The notes: generated by a model not told the origin, from the sequence alone. DNA of 63,878 nucleotides, filler included, from Choristocarpus tenellus KU-1152 (GCA_964200185.2; 9 parts of 9 records of this genome joined end to end with filler, not necessarily neighbours in it); one strand, 5' to 3'. Shown: positions 24,683 to 38,322, numbered from the whole stretch's first letter. A program made the numbers and translations.

Positions 24683-27600
24683 TTATGCTAAGTTGGGTAC
24701 ATGTGTAAGGAATGCTTCTGTCAAAGCATACACTCTTTCCCGTTGAGTGATCCCCTTGGGTAAACCCACGGCAGGTGCCGGTGTTGATATGCGCTCCTGG
24801 AAAAAGAGACAAAGGGTACAGCAGAGAAATATCATGTTTGGGAAATGATGTATATTGAAGGTGCAGTGGACACTCAGTATTTTATATTCGATCTTTACCA
24901 TGGACAACAGGGGTGTTGTATCAATGTGGTTTGCTACTATTTTTCAATCTCGTTTTTTTACTGACCCAAAGTATCTGTGGAGGGGGGGGGGGGTCTACAC
25001 CAGGTTGTCCATTTGGACGAAAACCAGGAATAGTGCACTTTCATTATCCATCCAACGTATGGAGCCAAATCACCCAAAAATCGCGACATGAAAAAATTGT
25101 CCCCAAATAGACAGCCGCCACCCCCCCCAGATACTTTGAGCCAGGGTCAAAAACGGGCGTCACCCCCTCCCCGATACTTTGACCCTACTGTACATGCTGC
25201 GGTTCTTCAGACCCTCCTACTAAGGCATTCAAATTGCCACCGCGTGGTTTGCAGTCCTTACTTGGATGTAACCATCTGCTCTTGTCAGTTTGAAGTTACT
25301 TCTACCATTCAGTCTCACTAGGGATTCTGGTTTCTGCAAACGCACCACAATCTGCTTGCGTTGAACTTTCAGTTGTTATATGAACCTTAAAGGCGCAAAA
25401 AGAAACATTTAATCCAGAGTGCATCTTGTCCCACTTTGGAAGAGGTCAGTCACCCAATTTTGCATCAATATCTCTCATCACCTAGAGAGTTTCTCACCAC
25501 ACTATTTCTTACCAGAGCTCCACACTGGGAGAGTGAACACTACCTGCCTTAGTTTTTGCAGTGACTATAGTCCAAGATATATGCCAATTGAGTAGACTTC
25601 CATAAATCTTACACATGGTTCCCTTTCACGGCAATAGAAACAATGTATGCCTACGAACTGTGAATCCTCCCCATTATCTAGGCCAGAGTATCCATAGAGT
25701 CCAGCAGTTGAGTGTGGTTGGTACATAAACTGATCAGGCTATTCTCTCACAAGGCAATGCCCCATGTCGTATACATATTTTCTTCAAGTTTCATACATTG
25801 TCCCCACTCTATTCTATCGCTTGAGTGTTGGAGGGAAACTTACCATTGCCTCGTCCTGCTGTTTCTTGCGGGCCAACTTGGATGTCAACGTGGCCTTCTC
25901 AGTTTCGTCTGCTGCCTCCATCCGTTCAGCCAGTTTCTTCTTGCGCTTGTTACTCTCTATCTTGCGGACAGTCTCGGTGTGCTGCCGGCTACTGCACAGC
26001 TTAAGGAAGGCGCGATTCGGGACCATGTCTTCCACCGCCTGGTCATCATCACTCTCCATGACACTAGGTTGAGTGCCCCTCTCACTCTCCACATCATCAA
26101 CACTTTGAGGAGGCTGTTCTGCACTTCTAAGCTGTGCAGTGCTCCGGACCCTGACGTTGTTCCGTTTAGATGGCATCTCATCCAAGCTGATGTTGGAGTT
26201 GTCAAAGTTGTTGCAGGTTGAATCCACACTGTCACTCGAGTCGTCTTGGTCAGCAACAGTCAAGGAGTAACGTGATGCCCCGCCATCGTGCGCCGTGGAT
26301 ATCACCTCAAGCATCATGCTTAGGAGAGTCTCACTGAGACCAAGGGCCTCGACAGTATCTCCCTCCACTTCGGCACCCGTGGAGGACTCTTCCCTCATGC
26401 TTTCCATACGCAAGCTATCCTCCCCATCTAGTAGGTAAGAGTAGGGCTCTAGGCGCTGACACAGGCCCACTGCACCCTGCTTTACTCCCACCAGAGTATC
26501 CTGCAGGCGTTGATGATTCACTTTCTTCATTTTGGCCTGATGTTCCACGGTATGTAGAGGAAGAAAGGGGTCACAAGAAATAATGTATATCTGTCACAGG
26601 TCATGAGTCCTGTATGACTGTTTCAAAACTGTCAATAAGAACTTGAAGTCAGGGATTTTATATATTGAAAAAAAACTGGGCATACAACAACAACAACATC
26701 AGAGGGTCATGTGTTGCACCCACTCACGATTTCGGTTTACAAGCCTAACACATGACTTTTATTTCTGTGTACAATACCCTGGGAACAGATGACCTGGAGC
26801 CTTCAGGTTCATAGATCGGATGGGATAGTGGCTGAGCCCCCAGAATCTTATGCATCACATCGATGTGGTGCAACCCCAAGGACACCCTGCCTGATAGCAT
26901 ATTTATGCTGTGAAAGTACTTTTTGAGCATCTGTCCACCAACAAGATTACACAGCCACACAACACTTAAGTGCTTCACCTCAACGCGAGCCTCCTGGATC
27001 TCAGTCTTGAGCTTGTCACTGATCTCTCGATTAAGCTCTGTGTTGCCAACCCCACTAGCCTTCATGTATGAGAACCTTTCTTCCTCATTACTGCGTGCAA
27101 GTTTGGCTTTTGCTAACTTTGTCTCGGCATCTTGCTTCTCCTCCTCAAGGGTAGTATGGTTTGTGTTCTGGTTAGCAAACTTTATCACCATTTCTTCCAG
27201 CGTGCTTACCCCGGTTGCTTGGCGGACGCGGGAAAACATCTCCTCCATATCTGCTAACTTCTTCTGCCGAATCTCATTCTCAGCCCTGAGCTGGTTTGTT
27301 GCGCACTCCTGCCCTCAGCAATCAGCAAAACACATTCCCATCATATATAGATGATGCATTGAGGCAAAACTTGTTTCAAAGTCGTGACTATGCCTTTCTG
27401 TTGTCATTGATATCTGCTCTTGCTTGGGTATATTGATGCATGGTTTCGTCTACATGTGATATTGTTTCTCACCAGTGCTTTTTAAACAACACCTACAACA
27501 AATATCAGAGCATGTGTGGGCTCTGACCTTGGCCTCCAGAAGTTGCATAAGTTCCACCTCCTGTTCACCTGTAAGGTCCCCCCGGAGTGTCTGTGTCATG

Positions 27601-29462
27601 TGTATACGCATGAGCTCCCTCTGGGTGGTGGTCAAAGGCCACAGGATATTGGTCAGAAGGGTTCAACACTACTGGTTCAAAGATAATATAAGTATCATCA
27701 TAGGTATCTACGGACTCCAGTGTTTTCTAGATTGCTTAGAGTTTGAATGGATACATATAGTCAAGGAACACCTAGACAGTATCAAAGCACTTGCTCTTGA
27801 GCAGTAAAGATGTGGCTAAGATTAATGAGCCAGCAGCAGTAAGGGATCATGAAAATTGCCTCTTGTTTCACTTTGTGAGAACAAGGGTGAGAACTGATCT
27901 GCAGTATGAGGCGATACAGCTTGGCTGGACATGACTTATTGTGAACAAAAACTACAACTTTATGCACTATATACTCATCATTTCTATCATGATGTATGCA
28001 AATAGGAAGTGCATATCTTCACCTGCTCCCGGCAATGCCCCATCTTTCGGGCCATTTCTGCCTCCTTCTCCTTGGCAGACAAGACACGGCTTCGCTCTCG
28101 TCTATCAATTGCAACCAACCTTTGTGTTTCCTGCGATATTTCAATAAAGTCCCCATGCAGCGTAGCAACAGGTGAGTGAAATGCACTCATTTTAAGCACT
28201 GTGATGTCGTGGGCCAGTGCACTACTGTTACTTCTACACTCTTCTTGATGTAAGAAATGCTTTGGGAGTAACGAAGAAGAGAGCATGGCAACACCATGCT
28301 AGAATGCATTTTTTTACGGCATTTTTTCTACTATGACCGCTCAAAATGTGACTGAAAGTCAATAAAGGCGGATAATATGTATTGTCGCATGGTACAGTGG
28401 CAGCTTTGTTCAATGGAACTGCCCCTTAGACAACACAAACCTGGAGGTCAAGCATGGCCTTGGTACGCCCAGTTTCCAGTTGCCGGGTCATAGCCTCCAC
28501 ATCATTCTTTTCTTTCCTAGTAGCCTTGAGTGCTTCCTCCATTCCGTTAAGATGTGCGTCAAATTTCACCTTGAGTTTTTCAAGTTGATTGTTAAACAAA
28601 TGTTGAAGTCAACATTCTATTGCAGCTGTGAAATCAATGTGGGCGGTTCGTTTGAGGTGAAAGGGAGGATTTTGAAGTAGTGACGTATAATCGGGCATCC
28701 TTCTGATAGCCGCTGTTTTTCTAGTTGATGTCACACAAGATCTGACCCATATCCTAGTTAACTTAGGTGAAATATGATATATACAAGCCAGCAAACTGCC
28801 TGTCTTTCTAAGGCTTGCGACAAGTCAGCAGGACCCCGACCAGAACAAACCTGGTTTGAATCTAGTCTTTGGTACATGTGATTAAGGATCCGTCGGTAGT
28901 GGAGCTTTGCCTCAATTTCCTTGCTGTCATTGACGATCTCACGAGTCAAATCCTTGATTCGAGCCGACTCTGGCGTCTCATGCCGTTTCATCCTTTCTAA
29001 AGCGTCGTTCTCAATTTTCAGCATATGGAGTGTGTCAAGGTGCCGTTGTAATTCCAACGCTTTCCGGTCCCCCTTAAGCTTCAACTCGTTGAAACGGCGG
29101 GATGTGCTGTTGACCCCAGTCTCCATAACTCTTAACTGTCCCCCTATTTCGTTGTCGTCCCGTGCTTTTCTATTCTTGATGCCCATATCACTTCCCCCAG
29201 CCCATGCTCCCAGATGTATCTTTGAATTTGTCGTGCTGAGGTTTCCCAGCTTTCTCACTGCTTCAACTAGGTCGCGCTTCTGAAAGGGTTTCTTTGGACG
29301 CCCAATTCCTCCTTGCGCCCCCCCGGTGATATCTCCAAGAGTTGGTGGAAGCGGACTGAGCTTGTTTGGAGACCCGTTCTTGCGCCCTCTATTGCGACTG
29401 GGACTACTAGACTTCAGACATTGCGCAGAAATGTGGGAGGGTGGTCCCATCACCTCAGTCAT
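24683..29462 (-). CDS. Outer dynein arm docking complex coiled-coil protein, CCDC151/ODAD3-like, about 692 aa; exons 29462-28851, 28569-28441, 28130-28023, 27620-27528, 27308-26979, 26536-25844, 24796-24683
   Basis: Seven GT-AG exons, all phase 0, ATG to TAA open; long coiled coil with MEEMFSRVRQATGVSTLEEMVIKF and LVGVKQGAVGLCQRL, resembling ODA-DC family motifs; subfamily call from memory of motifs. Confidence 0.75.
24963..25142. mobile_element. Class B MITE (180 bp) in last intron of the ODA-DC gene
   Basis: GACCCAAAGTATCTG...CAGATACTTTGAGCC; internal identity to 21568-21741. Confidence 0.9.
25144..25185. mobile_element. 42-bp class C micro-MITE abutting class B copy
   Basis: GGGTCAAAAACGGGCGTCACCCCCTCCCCGATACTTTGACCC; perfect 8-bp TIR; reverse-complement homolog of 17007-17053. 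Confidence 0.7.
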
Positions 29463-30091
29463 TGTAAACTTTATCAAACTACTATCACCTATTCTCCCTC
29501 TACTCAATCAACGCTGTAGGAAAATGTTCTAATCACACATCTAAGTCCTCCACTAAAGTCATGACAGAAGCAAGCATGTGGTGGATGCTGCGTGACGTTT
29601 CGGTGAAAGGTGACCATCATGATGAAACCGTGTTACAATACCTTGGAAGGCAGGTTTCCAATTTTGAGTTGTCCTCCAACAAAAAAACAATATGAAATCA
29701 AAATTGAGCACAACTACGACACAGGCATTCAAAAGAGGAAAGATGACCCAAATTCCTACGCGGACAACAAGGATGGATGAGGTGTGACCAGTAAAGTTTA
29801 TGTTCGAGCCTTGAATGATCAAATTTTTCCAAGAAATTAAAGAGGATGAACCAAGGGAGTGGGGGAGAGTAGGGAAATGACTTGGATTACGTCTACCATA
29901 TTGAAAAGTGCATTCCCAATCCTTTTCGTTGTGTTGTATTTTGAACCCCTTATTGCGGCGTAATGGTTGTGCTTGCCCTTCCCACCGTACAGAAAGCACA
30001 ACGGCTCGAGCACCCTTTACATGATGAGGCAGCCCAACGCCATGATCACCCTGACGGAAAACGAATAGTTCTTCCCCTCCCGCCTGGGCAG

Positions 30092-32025
30092 ATGTCGCGC
30101 GTTCAGCAGGATCAGCATCAGCATGATCAACGGCAAGTTCAATCTGAACTACACAAGCGAAAATACCAGCCTCCGCCCCAGGAACCGCACCCTCAGATGC
30201 TTCAATCTAATCTGCACCCGCAATCACGCCTTCCACCACGGCAAGGGTTACCCCAGCCCCAAACGCCACAACCCCAACGTCTGCTGCTGCAGCAGCCCCG
30301 CCTGCCGCAAATTGCGGCACCGCGAGTTCCGTCGGGCAGTGGTGATATGGCAAGCCCTAGTGGAAAAGGGTTTGCAATGGGTGTACCCAGCTCCCAGGGG
30401 TTTGCTCACCACCAGCAACATCGCCAGCAGCAACACCACAACCAACAACAGCAGCACCACCAACAGCAAAAACAACAGGAAATAAAGCGCTTACAGGCTC
30501 AAGCTCAGCAGCAGGTATAGTGCATTGACAAATGATGGTAATGTTTGATGCTACTCCAGTTCAGGTGTTGAAAAAGAGGTGATGTACATGTAGAGAGAAT
30601 GATCGATGATAGGCAATTGATTTTTACCAAATTCCTTACAATGCTTTTCTTCCAAGAGTAAGAAGAACAAGGAATGTGTACAGGAATAACTCATATAGTG
30701 TTTTTCGCGTATTTGTCGTGATTGAGGTCACACCGATGTGTACTGGTTGCATCTCACTTCAGGTGTAAATCAGTCCACATAGAATAGTGTATATGCAGTG
30801 TAAGGGTGCTGCAAATTCCAAATTGATAATGAACAATTTTGGATCTTACAAACCTCTCATCATTTCCTCTTAGCAGCATATATGAATGATTTCCAGGGTC
30901 CTTCAAGATCAACTTTTATGCAACTATGTATCTGTGTTAAGGAGACCTCACCCAGTACCACCACCCAATCCTGTACTGGGAGTCAGTAAATGAGGATGTA
31001 ATAATGAACTAAACTTGATCCCTGAATACCCCCTGTTCTCTCACTACTGATGGAACAGCACCAAAAGCTCCTCCAAGAGCAGGCACAGCAGGCCCATGTC
31101 CAACAAGTGGTTGCCATGCAACGTCATCAGCAATTCCAACAGCAACAACAGCAGGTCAAGATATGCCAATCATTTGAGTATCAAAGGTTGAAATATCTAT
31201 GTGCAGAATTCCAGCATGGGTGGCATGACCTTTGGTGACACCATCCTCTTGCATGGGTTTCATGTGCTCATTGCCGTTGATGCTGTCATCTTGAGACCTG
31301 TGCCTACCCTCTCCACCTTAATTGATGCATGTTTGTGAGCTCCACAGCGAGCAGTTCTGTGTTGCTGGAGGCATGATGTGCTTGTAGATCTATATTTTCT
31401 TTTTGCCAATGCATCTAGAGCACCTGCATATACAGGTCGTACTGGTGAAATCTACGATCCAAATCATCCACTGCTTGTTTTAGAATGCCATGTGAAGTTT
31501 TCGCATCCTGAGCTGTGACCTGACTTTGCAGTTCTCCGATGGACTACTGCCCCCCCCTATGTATTTGATGCTACTGCTCATCCGCCTGAAGGAGCAGGCC
31601 GCAACCAAAACTGGGCCACTTCAACCAGCACTTCAACCAGCACAGCAGCGAAAGCTTAAGGGTGTTCTTGAGGGCTACCTGCCGCCAGCTGAGTACCAGC
31701 AACTAGATGTGTCTGTGGTGATGCACCACAACGAGACCGTCCTTGCTAGGTGGGAAAAGCTGCTGGACACCTTGGACATATCCTCGGATGCTGCCTCAGT
31801 CAATATGATGGCTCAGGTGGAGCTTCGGACATCACTCAAGCAGGACCTAGCCAGACTGACTAAGCTGGCAGATGCTCAGACCAAGTTCATCCAAAAGTTG
31901 AAGTTGCTCAAGACTCAGCACCACCAGCAACAACAAGAACAACCACCACCACCCCCCCATGGGGGAATGCACCAAACACCAGGCCTTGGGGGAGGCTTGC
32001 AACCCATCATTTCCCAGGCCCAAGG
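30092..32025 (+). CDS. Gln/Pro/His-rich protein of unknown function, 3'-truncated; exons about 30092-30514, 31059-31154, 31592->32025
   Basis: Phase-0 GT-AG joins link polyQ segments and a helical domain (ETVLARWEKLLDTLD..LKQDLARLTKLADAQTKFIQKLK); start codon uncertain; divergent from the ODA-DC gene. Confidence 0.7.
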
Positions 32026-32929
32026 NNNNNNNNNNNNNNNNNNNNNNNNNNNNNNNNNNNNNNNNNNNNTTAATTAATTAANNNNNNNNNNNNNNNNNNN
32101 NNNNNNNNNNNNNNNNNNNNNNNNNAGGACGTTAAAGATGTCAAAGCCGTTGAGGCAGATAAAGGAGGGAGACAAGGCGTAACTGTGTTTAATTAACGGA
32201 TTTTTTTTTTTGGCCTTTCCTAGTTCATGATATCCTACCCAGTTGTGAACAAAACCTGTGTTTGTTTGGTTATCCCTCAAATAGGCCAAGAGATTATGCA
32301 CATGAGCAACATCTCAAGCGCACGTTTCTAACAATCATTTGGGATCCAACCCATTAGTTGACAATCCTTCAATAGGTTGGCACTCGAACAGGCTAACTTA
32401 CGATGCACTTTAGCAATAGATGTCTAGGTCACGCTTTTCTAATATTCCATTGGTTTCCTTACCAGTAGTGAGCAATGTTGTTATAAATTGCTACTCAGAT
32501 AGACTAAGTGAAGAAAAACATGGGCGACACCTGCCTACACCACATCTTGCTATTTTTATTTGGGATCCGACCCAGAATTGTGCAGTCAGCAAAGATGTCA
32601 CTCGAACTAGCCACTTGATGATGAATTTGAACAGGCACTGTCTCAATCACATATTTCTAACAATTCTTTGGGCTCGAACCCTGTAGTGAAACACTTACAA
32701 GGGTTGACCACTCAAAATGGCCACATTACAATCCGCTGCCTCAAACTCAATTTGTTAATGTACTAACATCCTCAGCAGTGAAGCATTCTTCCAAATTTAT
32801 TGGATCAGTGGGTGAAGACTTCGTAGCGTTTCGAAATTGTGTTGCATCAGTCAGCGTATTGTTGTCATACATCAGCAATTCAACATTACTCTAAACACCC
32901 TTGTAACTTTGCAGATTTCATCTCGATGA

Positions 32930-35172
32930 GTGTTAATACTTGGTAATATTGATGATGATTCAGTGTCACACATCACAGTTGACACCACAACTGACATTCC
33001 GGTCATTAGTTATCGTTACATGCAAGCCCATCCCACCCTTTATTCTGCTCACATCAATCCTATACCAGATGGTACCTTACTACATTTAAAAGGGGCTGGG
33101 GGAAGACCTTTGCAAGTACATGACTTTATTCAATTTGAACTAACCTTAGGGAATAAAACACTGCCTGTTCAAGCAGTTGTTTTACCTTCCCTAGGTGTTG
33201 ACAAGAATACTTTTGGACAATAGAATCATGGCTGCTTTTGAAGCGAAGTTGGATTGGGATAGAGAAGAAATAACATTTGCTGTAACACACAGTTACCATT
33301 CCAGCCACTCATAAAATATCTCTTATACCCATTGTTAATCCACCACCCATCAGTCAAAATATTGTCCACAACTTTTCAACAGACATGACAGTGGTTACAG
33401 TATCAACTAAGTTCACTATACCCGTACGTGTAAGATATAAGAACATATTTACCCCGGGGAACAGAAACTGTTGTTTCATTGTGTTCTCAGGCCTTACCTG
33501 GATCAGCCAAAGATGCTATAGTGGAGTCCATTGGCAAGACGAGCATGGACTTCATCAACCAGAAACACCACCACTCTACATGATAGATATCATAGTCAGT
33601 CGGTCTATAATTGTTTGGGGAAAGAGGATGGATCTTGCCTAGTCAAAATTCTCAACCCTTCTAAGCATGATGTTAAGATAACTCCTTAATTTGTTGTGGG
33701 TCATATACCACCAGTGGATCAAATTCACATCCTTTCTGAAGCACAGACCAGTACCGTAGCAGTTACTCTGAGCACTCCAGAGGAGCTTAAACAAGCCCGT
33801 GATGAGTTAAAAGAAGTTTTCGGTAAAAAAGACCTGGTAGATACAGTGTTATTTGATAATGAACAAGAATTCCTCGACCTTGTTACTAAATATCGGCCTG
33901 TATTTGAACTCCTGAGGAAATAGGCCATTGCAATAATACAAGTGTTGGATTTCCACTTACAGCAGGTACAGTTCCTGCGAATTGTCCACCATATCGGACC
34001 GCACCAAAAATACGTGAAACAATCCGTAGTTGTGTGGAGGACATGGAAAATCAGGGAATAATACTAAACCCTCCTCAAGTCCTTGGGCGTCAACGGTAAC
34101 CATATTTACAAAACCTGATGGGTCTCCTCGATTCTGTGTAGACTTTAGACTCTCATTGAACAAAAAATTGGTACGTAATTCCTGGCCGTTACCATTTATG
34201 GAATGTTTGGATACACTAGGGGGAGCAAAATACCTGTTGTGTCTCGATGTTCAGTCAGTCTACTGGCAACTACCTATCACCGACGCCTGCGAATGCCAAA
34301 AAACTGTTACACTGGATAGGAAATACGAATTCAAAAGGATATCCTTTGGTGTTGCTAATGCACCATGGATATATATAGACTTCATGTTGGAAACATTTTC
34401 GACTCTAGAAGCGGGTGTGGGCTTACTGATATATCTTGATGGCATTGTACTAGCCTCCCTAATGTGGAACCATCATATCCAACTTCTTGAGAGCGTATTG
34501 TCGTTACTGCAGCAAGTAGGAGTCACTCTTAAATCACATAACGTCTAATTTGGATCAAAATCAATTAATTATTTCGGATATGAAGTCGGCCCCAGTGATA
34601 TTGCTATGTAACCATATCGAATCCAGGCTATTACCGCTGTCAAGCCCCTAAGTCTGTGAAAGAATTACAATATTTTCTGGGTTCCACGAACTTCGTTAGG
34701 AAATTCATTTCCCATTTGACTACAATAACTGAACCCCTGATGTCACTTACAAGGAAAAGTGCAAAAAAGTTTGGAAGAGACAAAAGTTTATCTCAACTAT
34801 GGGGATGGCCACAACAAAATTCTATTAATGAGTGTAAAATCTGTTAACTATGGCACCAGTGTTAAGCTTTCCAGATGTTACTCAGGAGTTTTTTTATTTA
34901 AAGTGGATGCTAGTGATGTTGGCATGGGAGCCTTTATGGGACATAAAAATGTAGCCTACCAGAGTGCCCTTTTCAAGCCAACCCAAAGACGATATTCAGC
35001 AAGTCAGAAAGAATGTCTGGGCGTCATCCTTGCCATAACACATTGGCGCTCGTATATTTGGGGTAGGCCCTTTACAGTTGTACGTGATCATTGGGCATTA
35101 CGTTGGTTAGATACATTACAAGATAACTTCCAATATGTTGACCCGGTGAGTGTTAGCCTTGCGAGCCTTTGA
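32930..35172 (+). mobile_element. Decayed Ty3/Gypsy pol (protease-RT-RNase H)
   Basis: VDTTTDIPVIS (protease relic); PSSSPWAS..KPDGSPRFCVDFR..LDVQSVYWQ..SFGVANAP..IYLDG (RT); VDASDVGMGA..RYSASQKECLGVILAITHWRSYIWGRPFTV (RNase H); stops and frameshifts. Confidence 0.95.
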
Positions 35173-35213
35173 CTTCACAGTTTTACATAAACCGCGACGT
35201 TTGCATTACATTC

Positions 35214-35237
35214 GACCCAAAGTATCTGGGAGGGGGG
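35214..35237. mobile_element. Class B MITE end at contig edge (similar at 46533-46570 and 60318-60390)
   Basis: GACCCAAAGTATCTGGGAGGGGGG followed by spacer. Confidence 0.8.
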
Positions 35238-35375
35238 NNNNNNNNNNNNNNNNNNNNNNNNNNNNNNNNNNNNNNNNNNNNTTAATTAATTAANNNNNNN
35301 NNNNNNNNNNNNNNNNNNNNNNNNNNNNNNNNNNNNNCAATGGACGCGGCTCTACCCTCTAAGATACTTTCGCTC

Positions 35376-36215
35376 CCATCTTTGAGGATGTAAAACCACT
35401 TCTCATCCACATGCACCCAGTCATATAGATCGTGCACTAGTGCCCCACTTCCTCCCCTCCTGTGCATGTGTCTGATGACGAAACCCAACCTGTCGAGTTT
35501 CTGCTGGTATGAGAGGACTGGCTTAATCCACCGCTTTACCTCATCATATTCTTGCGCTTACACAGACCTCACAACAAGGCAAGGGAGACCCCAGCTTTGG
35601 CCGCCCATTTTTGGGAGGATGTGTGGTGTACTGATGATCCCAAATGTCGAGGATACTTGTGCAGTGGCCACATCGCTCCTTGTGACATCGTACAAGTTCC
35701 ATGTATTTACACTGTGCGATCTGGCTGCTACTCTCCTTCAGATGACGGGACATGGTGATTGGGGAAATTCTTAAGTCCTTTACAATGGCTGCCACAATCC
35801 TCCGAGGCATCTGAGTCTCATGCCCTCTCACCTCCAGGAATGGTGCCACCACGCCGTTCTTTGTCGGGGCGTTTTTGAGTCCTGAACCCTGACAGACTTC
35901 TGTGTCGAAGCATTGGGACTGATGGACGACTACGGGATGAGTAATCGACTCAAACGACGGGGGGCCTTCATCCTCGGCATCCCAATAAATACCTACTTTG
36001 ACAGTTCCATGAGGTTTTTGAACCCCATCAAATGCATCCTGATCGACTTTGCACTGGTGATCCTCCACAGTCATGACAGGCCACCACCTCAACATTGCAC
36101 GCCTCCCAATGTATATGAGAACTAAGCCCTTGTCCAGATAGTTTAGCAGGTGGGCTGTTCCTGAGTGAGATCGAACCTTGTAAAAGGTAGTACATTTAAT
36201 TCTGAACGGAGGAAT
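35376..36215 (-). mobile_element. Decayed plant/oomycete-type (DD39D-like) mariner transposon, 5' half
   Basis: WIKPVLSYQQKLDRLGFV..DLYDWVHVDEKWFYILKDG (HIDEKWF motif of this clade); upstream TIR TA|ATTCCTCCGTTCAGAATT at 36198-36217; interrupted by a class A MITE. Confidence 0.88.
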
Positions 36216-36639
36216 TATGATCTAGGAGTAGTAGTACATCATACACGGAGATAATACACCCACTGTTTTTTTGGTAAGTACATGGTTGGAAGTGTGATAC
36301 TTCTTCGAATGGTGTTGATTTCTTCTTGTTTTCAAATATTTAACATCAATTTTCCCCAATAATCACCACCACCACTACTACTTGTTTACTACAATTTGTT
36401 TGTATATAGTAGGAAGGCAATCTTTGGGCAGGCAATACGGACCACCTCTGTTGTTTTCATGTTTAGTTTATGGTCGCTCCACCATAACCGTATATTCTAG
36501 AAAAATACAATTGGAAACATCAAATATTTTGTAACAAACCCATAGAATATTCGACTATGTACTAATATTGATAGGATTTACGATGTATTGGTCATATATT
36601 ATGTAAATCAATCTGGATTGATGGCGACACGTCGATATC

Positions 36640-37435
36640 CTTCATCACCTACAATTTTTTATGTCGATGTTCTTCACCGATATTTCTATCTACTGTCAGA
36701 AATGGGGAAAGGTTTCATACCCTGCCGATACGAACACTCTGTTCTCGCCAAAACAGTATATATCCGTGGAGAAACAAAGAAACGCACAAGCCATCATTTC
36801 ATACCAAACAAAGTGTAAGTGCTCAATCGAGAAAACTTTCGTGTCTCCTGAAGAACCTCAACCCAGGTTTGAAGAGCTACTGAAGGAGGACGTGATGAGG
36901 GTGCTGGACGTTTTCGTCCTTTTTTTTGTTCTGATCTCGCATTTCACAGAGGGGGTGAGGATAACAACGTGCTCGCCAAGAGTTCTCAACACTGGTATTC
37001 TCTTCTTTCAATGCTGGATTGCTTGGGATCAATGTAGTCCACCTACCGCAGTCTCACTTTTCATTCTTAACCTTTTCATTCAGAAAACAGAAATATTCTA
37101 CTCCATCTCTATCCCTATCTCTACAGCGGCTCCATTCAAAGTCTACATGGAGCGACAACAATTGTTGTGTCGGGTCCCCACAAGAGACACAACGCTGTAG
37201 AACACATCATCATCTGCCCAGTCACCAAGTTTTGCAATCATGGTGTCATTATCATGTGGACAATTGAGCACATTGTCGATGATGGAATGGAATATTGTTC
37301 TAGGCCTCTCTGCGTGGAGGAGATGGATGGTGCAGACTGGCGGAAGAGTGTGCAGGAGTCAGAGCGAAGGTGAGTGGGCGGATGTGCAACCGTCTTGACG
37401 ATGTATTGAGCAAGACTTCTGGGTAGGAGATACAC
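36640..37435 (-). mobile_element. Highly decayed non-LTR (LINE) reverse transcriptase fragment
   Basis: QRGLEQYSIPSSTMCSIV (RGLxQGxxLSP-like) followed, after a frameshift, by WADDDV (YADD-like) at about 37205-37220. Confidence 0.55.
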
Positions 37436-37685
37436 TAGTGGGTGAAGGTATCATTTCCACCTCACAGCATCTTGCCCCTCTACCTCACACGAGTTTTTCA
37501 TTGTTTCTCGGTCTTTGGTGGCAATCACTCCAGTCTGTGTCCACAGCACCACCTCCCTCACAATATTTGTATGGTATCTACTACTAGGGCTCTGAGGGAC
37601 ACGCATAGAAGAAGTGGGGGCAAGAGAAGGGGGGACCAGTGTTTACCTCGACTAGTGCACATCTGCATGCTCCTTACTATTCTTC

Positions 37686-38322
37686 GATTGAAATGATCTT
37701 AGAGGGTACGAGTTTTGCCCTCTTTGAGTCAAAGTATATTAGAGGGTAGAGCCACGTCCGTTTTGGGGCAAAAATCCAATGGTGTGATTATAATGTAATT
37801 TTGGCTATCACGTTTGTTAGGAAGCACGTCAATATCCTTGTTCCGGACACACCTTTTCATAACGTACACATTTTGCCTACTCCGAAACATTTCGGAGTAG
37901 GTAAAATGTAATAAAAAATCAGTGGGAAGCCAAGCCCCAAACGGACAAAGAGTGAAAGTACCTTGGAGGGTACGGGTTTTGCCCTGTTTGTCCGTTTGAA
38001 GCTTGGCTTCCCATAAGATTTTTTATTACATTTTTCTACTTCGAAATGTTCCAGAGTAGGTAGCATTTGTATGTAAAAAAAAAGCGTGTGTACGGAGCAA
38101 GGATATTGACGCTTCCAAACAAACATGATAGCCAAAATTACATTATAATCATACCATTGAATTTTTGACCCAAAACGGACGTGGCTCTACCCTCTAAAAT
38201 GCTTTGACTCTAAGAGGGCAAAACTCGTACCCTCTAAGATCATTTCAAAATTACATCAAAATCACAACATTGGATTTTTCCCCCAAACGGACGCGGCTCT
38301 ACCCTCTAAGATACTTTGACTG
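37686..38322. mobile_element. Triple-nested class A MITE cluster forming a roughly 560-bp foldback
   Basis: Full copy 37950-38210 inside inverted copy 37726-38248 inside deleted copy 37686-38322; perfect 37-bp IR 37688-37724/38212-38248. Confidence 0.85.
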
